A stretch of DNA of 64,000 bases from Macrostomum lignano (taxonomy: Eukaryota), in assembly GCA_002269645.1 (NCBI GenBank), contig NIVC01003005.1, positions 62,001-126,000 on the forward strand. The letters run 5' to 3'. A model generated the notes under the pieces. That model was not told where the DNA came from. It did no database searches and was given only the letters and a program-made list of their open reading frames with translations. Position numbers and translations under genes: made by a program. Below are positions 1 through 12,809 of the stretch, one piece after another (position 1 is the first letter of the stretch; every line of letters starts with the position of its first letter).

Positions 1-540
1 TCTTCAATCCATCTTACCAATTCTTGACACGTTTGAGAAGCATTTTCAGCAGAGAACAATCCTAATTCACTCAATGTACATCTGAGCTGCTTTGTTCAAC
101 TGGACTACATGAGTACCAATGCATCTCCCTTGACAACCCTGAAACTTGACTTTGAGCACTGTGTCTCTAACTCCAAAATTTTTGTTGGTAAGAGGCCAAG
201 TCCTTGCTTCAGCATTTAGCAATGCCCCATGAGATCCAGAAGCAATACTTTGCTTGAGCAAGGCAATTCTACATGGCACTTGCAACTTTCCTGCAATCAC
301 ACTATTGTGTTGTGCACTTTCGCAGTGCAAATGCACCTTGCCCTCCCAGACAGTTTGGGTCACCCCTGTTTGCATCCATTTTTTGTTATCACCCCTTCTG
401 AAAAGAGTCTGTAAAGGCAAATGCCTTTCTAAGCAAATACCATAGAAAAAATCTGGCCCTGCAGATGGAAAAAAGAATCTAGAAAAGGCTGAGGATAATC
501 TGGCTAAGAAAAAGTGCAAATTAGAGGCCAAGCAATGAAG
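1..540 (+). pseudogene. Decayed hAT-superfamily transposase fragment (several stops and frameshifts; runs off the window start)
   Basis: Stitching + frames gives LQSILPILDTFEKHFQQRTILIHSMY ... SNSKIFVG/EAKSLLQHLAMPHEIQKQYFA*ARQFYMALATFLQSH ... CLHP. This follows the motif order I recall for hAT transposase insertion-domain segments (FLQxxLPxF..FQ...LIH / IFIG..K.LL..L / F..VR.FY.A...YL...LP / CLHP). Recognised from memory, not from a search. Confidence 0.55.
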
Positions 541-2472
541 CATATGCATATGACAATTGACTCAAGTTTATAGAACATGGATTCAGAAGGATTAATTCAG
601 GGGCTGCTAAAAGAAATAAGGCTAGATATTAAATGTGCTTCTAGTAGTGAATATAACTAAACATTTTCATACAAGCTTAATCCTTGATCTGCATCAAAAA
701 CTTATCTAGCATAAACTCATTAAACCACTAATTAGCACAATTAACAGAAACAAGTGACTGATTAAATAGTAAGGTAGGCATATTATTGATTGAAATATTT
801 GTATTTAATACTACTTGGTGTTTGAATGAGTTTTATTATATATTTGAATTGAATCAAATCAGTTCAAAAATTTTTTTTTGTCTTATCTTTAGGCTTAGGC
901 CTACTATACAGAAATTATAGTATCAATATAATGTTTGATATTAATTGTCAAATTTAAACTAACAATGCTAAACATTCATCATTATTTCTAAAGACAATAT
1001 AGAAGGTTAACATATTAATAAATAAAATTTAAGAAGATCATAAACTAGTCTAATGCAAGTACAAACTACTTTGGCAATAGAGATTCACCATAGACAAATT
1101 TGGCAAAAGAGACTTTAGTAACAATCTAGTCAAGTTTAGCAATAATAATAAAATTATAATTATGGATAATTGCTAACCTAACCTATTAGGTAACAAACAA
1201 ATTCATTGACAAAAACTCACTATGCCTGGCCTATAGACAAATTTAGCAAAAGCAAATATTCAACAATAATCTAATAATAAAATTTGTCAATAATGTCAAT
1301 GAAAAAGCAATTATATATAATTATTAACCAATTTTGTAACAACCAATTTTAGATTAACTCAAGACAAATTTAGCAGAAATAAATTTGGCAATAGGCCTTA
1401 ATCTAGCTAGTCAGATACAATTTATATTAATATATTATAATCTTAATGCTATTTACATATTTTATTAAATATAAATCAAATACATATGAATATAGTGTGA
1501 CTATTACCATTTTGACTAAAAATATTATCTTTTTGAATGTCACCTTTTTGATTGTCACATTTTTGATCTATTGCCTTTTTGACTTATAGCCATATGATAA
1601 GCTTAGGCCTATCTAGAGGTGCTAGTCATTTTATCTACTAATACTAAATAGTTAGTCTATTAGGTACACAAAAGTTTTTTTTCTAAAACTGTTTGTCTAT
1701 TAGGAAATAGGATGAAGATATAGAGTAAGATATAAAGCTACCTAACAACCTTCTCATTTGCTGAAATGCTTTAGGGATATTGGTTTCCTCAAAAATGATA
1801 AATGCTATCTATGCATTATAGGCCTACTAGGGACTCCTGGTCTCCTGGGACTATCAATTTTTAAATACATGCCCCAAAAATTCTTAGTGTCATTGATAGC
1901 ATACAAGTTACTAGATAAGAATGGTTTTACAAGCTTGTAGAGAGCATGGAAATATGATATGCAACAACTCTAGATTTTAAATGAAAGCTTCTTAACAAAT
2001 ATGATTAATTTTTGTTTGACATTATGACAGGCTTAGTTATCTACAAAGTGTAAAGAATTAAATAATAAATAAGAATTACTATCAGTTGATATTTTTATCT
2101 TTACCAAGTTTTAAACAGCTTTTGTTCTACTGTTTTTAGCTTTTTATTGTAAATGTGCATATTGTAAAATTTGTAAAAATTATGGAGGAAGGACCCCTGC
2201 AGCGCTTTAACAATGTCAATGGAGAGGTTGTTGGGTAGCTCCCCACCCACTCCTCATCTCACCCCACCCTCATTTCCCAGCAGACAAACAGTTTTAGAAG
2301 ACGAACTGTCAGCAGACGAATGAACTGGAAATGATCATAAAATTTTGATGCCATAAGCTTTAAGGTCATAAGGAGGCGCAGTATCAGCAGGCTAGTATTA
2401 TGCTAGGGAGTGTACCACATTTTGACACCTTTACGTACATTTAAGATAGCAGAAGACTACGTTTGAAGCCTC

Positions 2473-2665
2473 CAGTAGCGCAACCAGAAATTTTTCAAGG
2501 GGGGGGCGGATTCTGAGGGTAAAGTCCCGGGAGGGGGGGGGGGCGGCGGAGGGGTGGCTCTGTTTTTGGCGAAAATTCGCTTGGTCCCCCCTTTGATTTT
2601 TTTTCGGTCCCCCGCCTAAGGGGGGGCGACCGCCCCCCCCCGCCCCCCCCCTGGTTGCGCCACTG
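2473..2665. mobile_element. hAT-type MITE, 193 bp, young
   Basis: TIRs CAGTAGCGCAACCAG (2473-2487) and CTGGTTGCGCCACTG (2651-2665), 14/15 match. Perfect 8-bp TSD GAAGCCTC at 2465-2472 and 2666-2673. G/C-run interior. Confidence 0.9.
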
Positions 2666-4280
2666 GAAGCCTCAAACTAAAAACCAAGGACGACTTAAGT
2701 CGTCCTTGCTTAAAACACACTCAATCTGAGCTTTCTTAGAAGAGAATTATTTAAATTTATTGAAGCTTTAAGCTTTAAAGCTAATTCAAATAAAAACTAA
2801 TGTGAAATTTTATTTGTGTTAGTAATCAGCATTTTAGAACTGGAAGATTTCGGTTTAATAGTCTATGTAAATCTGATTGTTAAAATATAAGTCGCCTTTC
2901 TTAGAAAAATGTTGTGCATGCATCATCTTCATTTAACCTCCTTGTCCTAAATCATGAAGTCCAAAAATACTTTTATTAAACGAACAGAAGGTTGCTTCAC
3001 GGTAACCAAGCGACAGCAGCTGCATCTTTTTGCTAAATTCATATATTAAGAGATTTTCCAAAATGGCCTAAAATTGTTGTCTAAGTGACTATCGCCGAAA
3101 TGTCTTGTCGCTAAAGTAAAGTCTAGGCGTAGTCTAAGACTTAAGTGTCCAACGCCGATGGTGATTGGTCTTGTCGCCGAAAGTAGATGGTAGCCGTTTG
3201 ATTCCTATTCACTCTGTTAATATTCTCTGCTTTTACGAGTATTCTAATTCTAATCTAATATTTATTAGGTTTTTGTGTAATATGCTTATGCTTTATTACT
3301 ATTAGAGTAACAACAACATTCAACAATGTCAATAACAAGATAGGTTAGGCCTATTTGTTTTAAAAACAATAGAGAAACCCACTTTTGCCTCCTTACTGAC
3401 CACCAAAAAAAGAAAGATGTGTTCTCTAGTCTAGTTTAAGTTTGAATTTTTTATGTTAACTTAAGGCCTTAATTGCAATGTTTTCATTGAAATATTAAAT
3501 TTGTTGTGTTTTGTATTATTATTAGGCCTAGGCCTAGGCCTTTAGTTTTTATGGCTAGATTCTATGAGTATGACAGTTGTAGATTTTAGGATATGGGATA
3601 TCTAGTTATAATACTGGTTTTTAATATGAAAAAGATAATTTGTACATTTTTTGTCCAAAAATAGGCCTAGCAAGTCTGTGTAGTAGTTTATATAAGGGGC
3701 CTAGACAAAAATATTTTGAAACTGTAGTTTTATTTAGAAAAATAAAAAATGTTTTAGTAGATATAGTTACAAGTCATTTTATTTGCTGTCAGTTTTTCTG
3801 CCATCTTATTCCCAAATCTTACATTCCAATAGCTACAAAGAAAATTCTAATATACAATAGTCAATAGACTTGAAAAAAAGGTTGGCATAAAGTATCTAGC
3901 TTTCTAGTTCTAGCTATCTAATTAATTATGTAATTTAGAGATACAGCCATATATATATATATATATATGTTTGTTTTCTTTTTTAATGCTAATTTTTTGT
4001 TTTAATGTATAATAAAATATGATCTAAATTATTGCTAGGCCTACAATAATTATGTTATTACAATTTTGCTTATTATGATATGAATTAATATGAGTTGTTT
4101 TAAAAGTCATTCCTTTCAAAAGTGTGACAATTAAAGCTAATTTGAATAATCACTATCAAAAGATAAGAAAGGGTTTTGGTTACAAACAAGGTAAAGCTAG
4201 AAATACTAAAAGAAGATTTGTCATCAAAGTTAAGAATCAATGCACAAAGTTAAAATTATAACGTTTAAAAATAGTCCATA

Positions 4281-4402
4281 GCCAAATGGTCTATGGTCAA
4301 AATGTCCATGGTCAAAATGGTCTATGGGCAAAATGCCTGTGACCAAAATGGTCTATGGGCAAAATGTCCATGACCAAAATGGTTTATGGGCAAAATGACC
4401 AG
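4281..4402. repeat. Degenerate ~20-bp tandem repeat (ATGGTCAAAATG...)
   Basis: About 6 imperfect copies of ggtc/ggcAAAATGtcc/gtc-tATG. Confidence 0.7.
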
Positions 4403-6471
4403 TTAGGCCTACCTATTGGCATATAAAAGACCAAAATATTGTAATGTAAAAATGGTCTTATATTGCTACAATGCAAAAAAGGTTTTTATTGTTGCAATAT
4501 CTTTTTTTAATGTCCAGTGTACATATCACAAGTATATTTGTTCTTCTTGTGTAAATTTTAATTTATAGTGTAGCGGAATCATTTTTTCTAGTATACCATA
4601 TAATAGATTTATGATTATGTGTCTGCCAGAGATCTATGCTAAGATAGACAGTTTATCTGCTATTGTGTCCAATGAAAAAATATACCACAGTCCAGATCAT
4701 GCTAGGTGCACAGCCAAACAAAAATTGAATAATTATAAATGCATGCCAAAAAAATTAAGTGCACACATATTTTCAAATCTATGCCAGTATTGCAATAATA
4801 ATGACCATTTGGGTTGAATAAAAACCCTTTTGGATAATAATTTGGTTGATTTTTGGCTTTTTTGCCTATACTATTTATAGAAAAAAATCAATACACAGTA
4901 ATATTTGTTCAAATGCCTTATTACAAGCTTAAAATACCTAGAAAGCTTGAAATTTATGCTTAAAATGAGCTTTTTTATCTTTTTCCACCTAAGACTAACT
5001 CTTACTTGATTCTATAAAGTGCATACCAGGTGTGCAAGCACACTTCTTAGGAGTGATGCACATTAACTGTGTACATCTATTTTTGGCATGCAAGGCCAAT
5101 AATGCATGCCCAAATTTTTAGGTATATACTACATGATTTGGAGTGTGAACAATACCTATCAATAAAGCAGTAAAGAATGTATTGGTTCAAAGAGAAATTG
5201 CTGCAAAAACATATATTTTTACCATTTAGTGCAACTTTTGTTAAGATAAATATAGATTATTAGATAATTATAGATGAATAAAGATTCATCTTAGGTTTTG
5301 AATGTATATTTTGGTAGAAATTTTGCACAAAGTAAGGCGACAAATGTTTTTCTCTGTGCCATTCTTGTAGTATTACAAATAATAAATAAACTTAATGTAT
5401 AGTAGGGGCTTAAATACATTATAAAATCACATTTAAAATGTCAAAATCAAAGTGTAAAATCAGTTAAAATGAAAGCTAAATTATACAATGTCATATCTTC
5501 AAAATACGCTATGCAACAGACAAACAAACTATAACATTTTCCCTTTGCTTTGAATATTAGGACTAAGCACAAATTAATTTATTAATCATATAATTGTAAT
5601 ATGCAATATATCATGTAGTCATGTAGAAATGAACAATGAATGCATCCATCATTGAATAGTCATTTGTCTGCTGGCAAATAAACTAAGAGCAAACAAAATA
5701 ATTGCATCCCATAGATATGCTAGTTGTTGCCACAAAAATATGCACATATCAGACAAAAATAATTGCTCTTGAATTACTATGAATTTTGGTTGCCTGATCA
5801 TCTTTCTAGGTAATTTTAGATTTTGGACTTCACCCAAATTTGGATAAATAGCAGGAGTATTTATAACTATATTATTAAGGCTAAATATCTTGTGATCTAA
5901 TTAAGACTGAATTCAGATTACTTCTATGTATTTTTAAAGTGGGCATTTTTGCAACTTACCTTGGCTAGGCCCTTTGCCAGTCAGCTAGATTGGCTAGCTT
6001 GGACAGGTATTGCAAGGAAATAGTCAAGGAAATATACATTAACATTTGGTACAAAAATCCTATGATAGTTGTAGCTAACTTGGTAAAGGTTTTGTGTGTA
6101 ATGTATGAAACATCATGAAAACTAAATTTACTATATAAAAGTACATATAAGTAGCTAATTTTTTGTGTATTTTTCTAATACTATACATGCTAGAACCATG
6201 CAAAAAACTTTGAAACTATTTTTATGATAGTCATAGCTACTGCTACAATTTTGAGCTTTCAAGGCAAATTTCTCTTTTTTTAGAAAAGCCTTTTTAAAAA
6301 AAGCTTTCCAAAACTATGCATAAGGCAATATAGTCTAAAAGAAAATATATAAACCCATGTTATTTATAGGAAGCTAAAAATGAAATTAAAAAGACTATTA
6401 TATATTGTAACACTTATTTTAGACTATATGTAGGCTTACATTATAATTTTGCAAAAACTGTCATTTATTCA

Positions 6472-6782
6472 CAGTGGTAGATCTAGAGTTTCATTTTGGG
6501 GGAGGGGGGCAGTCTAAGTTTGGACACAAATATAAGGGTGCCAATTTTTTAAGCTAGGGGGTGCCAAAGATGTATATATAGGGCAAAAAGTCAAGCTTAA
6601 GGGTGCAAAAATGCATGTAGAGGGTGAAAAGTCAAACTTAGAGGCACAAAAAGGGCATTGAGGGGGGGGGCAAAAAATCAAGTTTAGGGGGTGCAAACTC
6701 ATGTTTTGGGGGGCACAATGTTCTTTCAGGCTCATTTAGAGGGGGGGGGGTGGCTGCCCCACCTCCCCTAAATCCAACCCTG
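6472..6782. mobile_element. Older hAT-like MITE
   Basis: Ends CAGTGGTAGATCTAG ... CTAAATCCAACCCTG (11/15 inverted match) with a G-run interior like the 2473 element. No intact TSD. Confidence 0.5.
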
Positions 6783-7822
6783 ATCTAAACTATGGGTACC
6801 TCTACAAAAAGAAAAATATATATGCAATGAAATATGCTAGGCATGTAATGCAAGTATAATATATTACATCCAAACCTAAATATTTGTTAATCTATAGTTG
6901 TTTTATGTATTCATGTATAAACTCAGCATTATATAAGCCATGTTTTCTTAGTTATGATTTTAAAAATGTGAAAGTTGAATGTAGTTTATAGCAAATTACC
7001 CAAAAATATAGGTCAGGCAATGTTGTCTATTTAATGATTTATCTTAGTTATACTATAAGTTACATCTTTTTATTTTTGGCTAAAAGAGAAAGTTCTTGCA
7101 GTTTCCAAAGTTAAGCCTATATAAATTTCTAGAAACTTACAGAAGGTTTTGTGTGCAGAGGTGTATAAATGCCATTGACTGATGCAGATCAACCCAAATT
7201 AAGTTTCAGGTATAGAGCTACAGTACCTTTACATTTACTTAAAGTATTTCAATTCATAGTGGGCTTTATTAAAAACTGCAAGAACTTTCTGTTTTACCAA
7301 ATATATAATTCCATTTGGCTAGGTAAGCTTTTAGGCTTGTTTCATAACTGAGGTAGTTAAACATGACATTTTTTCTTAAAATGGTATGCATATTTATTAT
7401 ATTTGTCTAAAAATCAGACTAATGCAAAGCGGCATATATTAAAACTAAAAAAATTTTCAACTAGAGCCTTAGTGTTTTTATTCTTCCTTGAGCAATAATA
7501 TCAGTTTTCCCCTTAAGTCCTAACTTTAAAGTCTCATTTGATTTTTGTGTTATTGTAGTATTCTATATTACTAACATGGCATCTTGAAAGACTATGTACA
7601 CTTGTACAGTGTGCTAATTCTTTATGAAATAGAAACCTGTTTAAATAGAAAGCTAATTCATACAGCATATAATTCTGTTTGCTTCATGACAATGCCATTG
7701 ATTTCTTGTTCAATCTAACATTAAGTCGCTAGTTAGTCAGATTTCCAAGTCACAAGCATTCCTAGGTGGCAAAAAAGATTAAAAGATTTCCGCACTATAC
7801 TACTTGAATTAGTAGCTAAAAG

Positions 7823-8234
7823 ATGAATAAATTATTAAGCATGGAAGATGAATACGAATCACTGCTGCCAGATAGCACGCCCAGTCAGCACATGATTGCG
7901 GGAGCCTGCGCCGGGGTGATGGAGCACACCATTGTGTATCCGGTTGATTGCGTCAAAACCCGGCTGCAGTGCCTGCGCCCGCTTGAAGGTGCTCGCTATG
8001 CCGGCTTGATCGACGGCCTGAGAACACTGATGCAAACTGAGGGCATTGGAAGGTCGCTGCGCGGCATCGGCGCCGTGGTTGCCGGAGCTGGGCCCGCCCA
8101 CGCAATGTACTTTTCCTGCTACGAACAGGGCAAACGGAGCCTATTGGGTCTGGGCTGGAATGAACGGGCCAGCTATCTAGTTAGCGCTATTGGGGCTACT
8201 CTTCTGCACGACGCTATTATGACGCCCGCAGATG
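7823..8234 (+). CDS. mfrn: Mitoferrin (SLC25A28/A37-like mitochondrial iron carrier), exon 1 of 2
   Basis: EDEYESLLP..HMIAGACAGVMEHTIVYPVDCVKTRLQ and GAGPAHAMYFSCYE are mitoferrin signature segments. Donor G|GTCAGT at 8234/8235, phase 1. Confidence 0.95.
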
Positions 8235-8321
8235 GTCAGTTGCTCTTGATATTAGCAAATTGTCACTTCTTGCTTGTTGCTAGGCGGCTCCAGGTGTGAT
8301 ATTTTGTTTCAGAAGACTGAT

Positions 8322-8758
8322 GTGAGTTTCTCAGTTTGATGAGAGTGACATTCCTGGTGTGAGTTTCCCAGTTTGATGAGGGTGACATTCCTGGTGTGAG
8401 TTTCCCAGTTTGATGAGAGTGACATTCCTGGTGTGAGCTTTCCAGTTTGATGAGTGACATTCCTGGTGTGAGTTTTCCAGTTTGATGAGAGTGACATTCC
8501 TGGTGTGGGTTTCTCAGTTTGATAAGGGTGACATTCCTGGTGTGAGTTTCCCAGTTTGATGAGTGACATTCCTGCTGTTGGTTTCCTAGTTTGATGAGAG
8601 TGACATTCCTGGTGTGAGTTTTACAGTTTGATGAGAGTGACATTCCTGGTGTGGGTTTCTCAGTTTGATAAGGTTGACATTCCTGGTGTGAGTTTCCCAG
8701 TTTGATGAGAGTGACATTCCTGGTGTGAGTTTCCCAGTTTGATGAGAGTGACATTCCG
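8322..8758. repeat. 37-bp minisatellite (~12 copies) in the mitoferrin intron
   Basis: Unit GTGAGTTTCCCAGTTTGATGAGAGTGACATTCCTGGT, period 37 (8322, 8359...). Confidence 0.95.
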
Positions 8759-8868
8759 GTCTGAGACCCCAGCCTTGTACAAATCAAAGAGCTGCTCAAC
8801 CCCAGAACAGGTACCGTGGTTAACTTGCAAAGTCTGCAATAGCTGGCACCACCCCATTGCACCCGCAG

Positions 8869-9461
8869 CTGTCAAGCAGCGAGTCCAGATGTTCCGCTCC
8901 CCCTACTCCGGCTGCATCGACTGTCTCCGCTCCGTTCTCCGTTCCGAAGGCGTCTCGGCTCTGTACCGCGCCTACGGCACCCAGCTGAGCATGAACATAC
9001 CCTTTCATATGGTACATTTTAGCGCCTACGAGTTGGGTCAGGATCTGCTCAATCCTCAGAGGAATTACGCACCCCATACTCACGTACTAAGCGGAGGTTT
9101 TGCCGGCGTTTGCGCCGCCGCCTGCACCAACCCGTTGGACGTCTGCAAGACCCTGCTGAACACTCAGGAACGATGCGCACTGCAGGCCGCTGGCACCGCT
9201 GCCAGCACTGAGATCGGTGGCCCCGCCGCTGCTGCCGCCTCCAGCCCGACTCAGAATCGAGTAATTATCAGTTCATTCTTATCCGCAGCTAAAACTGTTT
9301 ACCAACTAGAAGGCCTATCGGGTTATTTTCGCGGAGTACAAGCCAGGGTGGTGTTTCAAATGCCCGGCACCGCTATCTCTTGGTCCGTGTACGAAACCTT
9401 TAAATGGTATTTGAGGCAGAGATCCGCCAATGCCAAGCAGCAGCAGAGCCAGCAAACTTAG
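8869..9461 (+). CDS. mfrn: Mitoferrin, exon 2 of 2 (spliced protein 334 aa)
   Basis: Acceptor cgcAG|CT joins in frame to give MTPADAVKQRVQM. Contains MNIPFHMVHF, TNPLDVCKTLLNTQE and QMPGTAISWSVYETFK carrier motifs. Stop TAG at 9459-9461. Confidence 0.95.
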
Positions 9462-9609
9462 CCTTAACTCGCGCTTGTTCCAGCATCCTCTGATCCCTCC
9501 TTGACCTGTCCTTAACCGTTCGCGCTTATTGTAGAATAGCTGGCCTTTTTGGTTAGCTCTGCCGCGAAAGATAGAGTGAGATTATCCAATTGATTCTGTT
9601 ATGTATCGG

Positions 9610-10628
9610 GGTTCAGATTATCCTATGTTTATCTATGAAGGTCAGATTATCAATCTGTTGTCTATGGGGCTGAGATTATCAATCTGTTGGCTATGGAGGG
9701 GTTGAGATTATCAATCTGTTGTCTTTAGGGGGGCTGAGATTATCTATCTGTTGGCTATGTAGGGGCTGAGATTATCAATCTGTTGTTTATGGGGGTTGAG
9801 ATTATCAATCTGTTGTCTTTAGGGGGGTTGAGATTATCAATCTGTTGTCTTTAGGGGGGTTGAGATTATCAATCTGTTGTCTATGAAGGTCAGATTATCA
9901 ATCTGTTGTCTATGGGGCTGAGATTATCAATCTGTTGGCTATGGAGGGGTTGAGATTATCAATCTGTTGTCTTTAGGGGGGCTGAGATTATCTATCTGTT
10001 GGCTATGTAGGGGCTGAGATTATCAATCTGTTGTTTATGGGGGTTGAGATTATCAATCTGTTGTCTTTAGGGGGGTTGAGATTATCAATCTGTTGTCTAT
10101 GGGGGTTGAGATTATCAATCTGTTATCTATGGGGGCTGAGATTATCAATCTGTTGGCTATGGAGGGGCTGAGATTATCAATCTGTTGTTTATGGGGGTTG
10201 AGATAATCAATCTGTTGTCTATGAGGGCTGAGATTATCAATCTGTTGTCTTTAGGGGGGGGGTTGAGATTATCAATCTGTTGTCTATGGGGGTTGAGATT
10301 ATCAATCTGTTATCTATGGGGGCTGAGATTATCAATCTGTTATCTATGGGGGCTGAGATTATCAATCTGTTGGCATTGGGGCTGAGATTATCAATCTGTT
10401 GTCTATAGGGGGGCTGAGATTATCAATCTGTTGGCTATGGGGCTGAGATTATCAATTTGTTGTTTATAGGGGGGCTGAGATTATCAATCTGTTGTATATG
10501 GAGGGGCTGTGATTATCAATCTGTTGTCTATGGAGGGGCTGAGATTTATCAATCTGTTGTCTATGGAGGGGCTGAGATTATCAATCTGTTGTCTATGGGG
10601 GGCTGTGATTATCAATCTGTTGTCTATG
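9610..10628. repeat. ~30-33-bp minisatellite (~30 copies) downstream of the mitoferrin stop
   Basis: Unit GGGG(C/T)TGAGATTATCAATCTGTTG(T/G)CTAT with a variable G-run. Confidence 0.95.
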
Positions 10629-10633
10629 GTTTC

Positions 10634-10639
10634 AATAAA
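10634..10639 (+). promoter_or_regulatory. Candidate polyadenylation signal of mitoferrin
   Basis: First AATAAA seen after the stop codon, immediately after the array. Confidence 0.4.
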
Positions 10640-11355
10640 CAGCACGACAATTTAGGCTTGTCATTACTAATGTCTATACCGATAGTAAATTCTGTAAGCA
10701 TTAGTATTCAGTTGATTTTCAATCGCACCTTTGAGCTTGATCCATTCAATATGCCGAGAAGTGTGTTTGACCCCAGTGACTTCGTTGCATATATTCTAAA
10801 TCGCGCTTTGCTTTAAACGTTATTTAGTAGTTTGTGTGTGTTTCTATTAGGTTACCCTGTACTGATTTGCTTTGATTGATTTCACCTCCTATGGGTTGCA
10901 TTATTTACTAATTTTTTATCCCGTCTCCGCTTCCAAGTGTGCTAAATCAACTGAGATAAACTAATTTGCTTCAAGACTTCTGTGCTTGTCCTGTTACTCC
11001 TAAGCTAGCTGAAATTGATTAGCTGAATTATAACACTTGTATTCAATTAGAAAACATTACAATTAAAACCAATTTAAAATCCGTACTATACTACTTGTAT
11101 CGGCTTGTCTGTGTCAGTAGTGCGTTTGCGAATAGCTTTAATTTTTGTTCAATGTCAACTTTCTTCTATGTATGCGCTGATCTCTTTTACGGTTGTCTCG
11201 CGTGCTCCGCTCTAAACTGCGCCTGTGCTCCATTGCAGCTGGCATTTGCAGTTCTCAATTGTGAGGATTTCAAGCCAGTCTAGAGCATTAATCTGCATTG
11301 ATTTGCTGTTGCCTGACCTGGCTGTCTTAATGAGAAATAAAGCTGGGGAATCGAT

Positions 11356-11408
11356 CAGACAGACAGACAGACTGACAGACAGGCAGGCAGTCAGACAGAC
11401 AGACAGAA

Positions 11409-11456
<48 letters not shown>

Positions 11457-11473
11457 GACAGACACATAAACAC

Positions 11474-11557
<84 letters not shown>

Positions 11558-11620
11558 GCAGGCAGACACATAAACACACAGACAGACAGACAGACAGACA
11601 GACACAGGCAGGCAGGCAGA
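11356..11620. repeat. (CAGA)n microsatellite
   Basis: Direct observation. Confidence 0.97.
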
Positions 11621-12809
11621 GCAGCACCCTGGGGCCAGTCAGTGATTGCTTTTACAAACGCATTACGCACAATGCTGAGACCATTATGGGCCATTGTTCA
11701 CAACGCAGCACCCTTGGTGGCAACAATGACTTTTTTAGAGGGCGCTTTAGTGAAAAGGTTGCGCCGTACTTTCTTTACTTTTTCATTGTAATTCGCTTTA
11801 AAGGAAGCAATTTATTGTTTATGTGGACTACTGGAAACTGCTTCGCATTGCTTGCGCTCGAATAAATATTTTGTGACAATTTCCGTTTTCTCGCGCTCTT
11901 CCCGCGTTCGTGTCTATTTTCTAAGAATTAATTTGCAGTGTGTATGTAGAGATGATGCCCGCAGTCATTGTCCGTGTTATTTTTTATTTAATAGACTAAT
12001 AAACCGTAATTACACAGTTGCCGTTGATAAAAATGGTCTTATTTATATTTATTTATAAATACGTTAGTAAGTAAATAGCATTGTTGAGCAATGGAGCTGA
12101 GCAGTTGTTTTGTGTCACAGAGACATTCGCGAACCTTTTGGAGTTGAAAATTCAATTGGAAGTTTTTCTATGTTATTCTTTTTTGCCGTTTATCGCATTT
12201 ATTGACATGTACACTCTGTACGCAGAGTCAATTATCGTACACTTAAGCCCCAACTGAATGTGGCCTTGCATGGAATCGGTCGTAGTCGTAGCGTGATAGC
12301 CAGACGCTGAACGTAACGGAGCAACGCAAGTACACGCAATTCAATAATACTGGCTAAGCTTTTTGTTGCACATCTTCTCAGACAAAAAATCAAGTCGCTG
12401 GCCCTCCAGATAGCTCGTATTCAACATTTCTGCCAACATTCTGCCAAGCTTCACCAAATTTCATCAGGACGTTGACCACATGTGTCTGCATCAGCTCTGA
12501 CTTCATTCGTCTCTGGCCTTCACCCAGGCGGAGCTTTTGGACCTTTAAAAGGTGGCACCAGGTGACTAAGGACACTCTGTTGCGAGTTTCTCTGATATCG
12601 CTGATCAAACCTCGACTGGTATCAAGTCTCAACTGATAGGTGATCCTCAAATTATCTCTTAAACATTCGGGCGTCATCTTAGACGCCGTCGACTCTTGAC
12701 GACTCTTAATAATCACTCAACGGAGTCTTGACATTGATTTAATAGAATACGAGTATTCTTAAGAGCTGGAAAAAATCTTGATGATAAATCAACGGAATCT
12801 TAATTACGA

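Noticed and set aside
67-549. 160-aa ORF on the - strand
   Set aside because: No recognisable domain. The + strand carries hAT-transposase-like motifs across broken frames, so this is most likely an antisense shadow.
8263-8875. - strand ORFs with repeated SSNWETHTRNVTLIK, and the N-terminal 43 aa of the 8739 ORF
   Set aside because: Translations of the intronic 37-bp minisatellite.
7700-10640. Iron-responsive element in mitoferrin UTRs
   Set aside because: No CAGTGN-loop hairpin with bulged C was seen.
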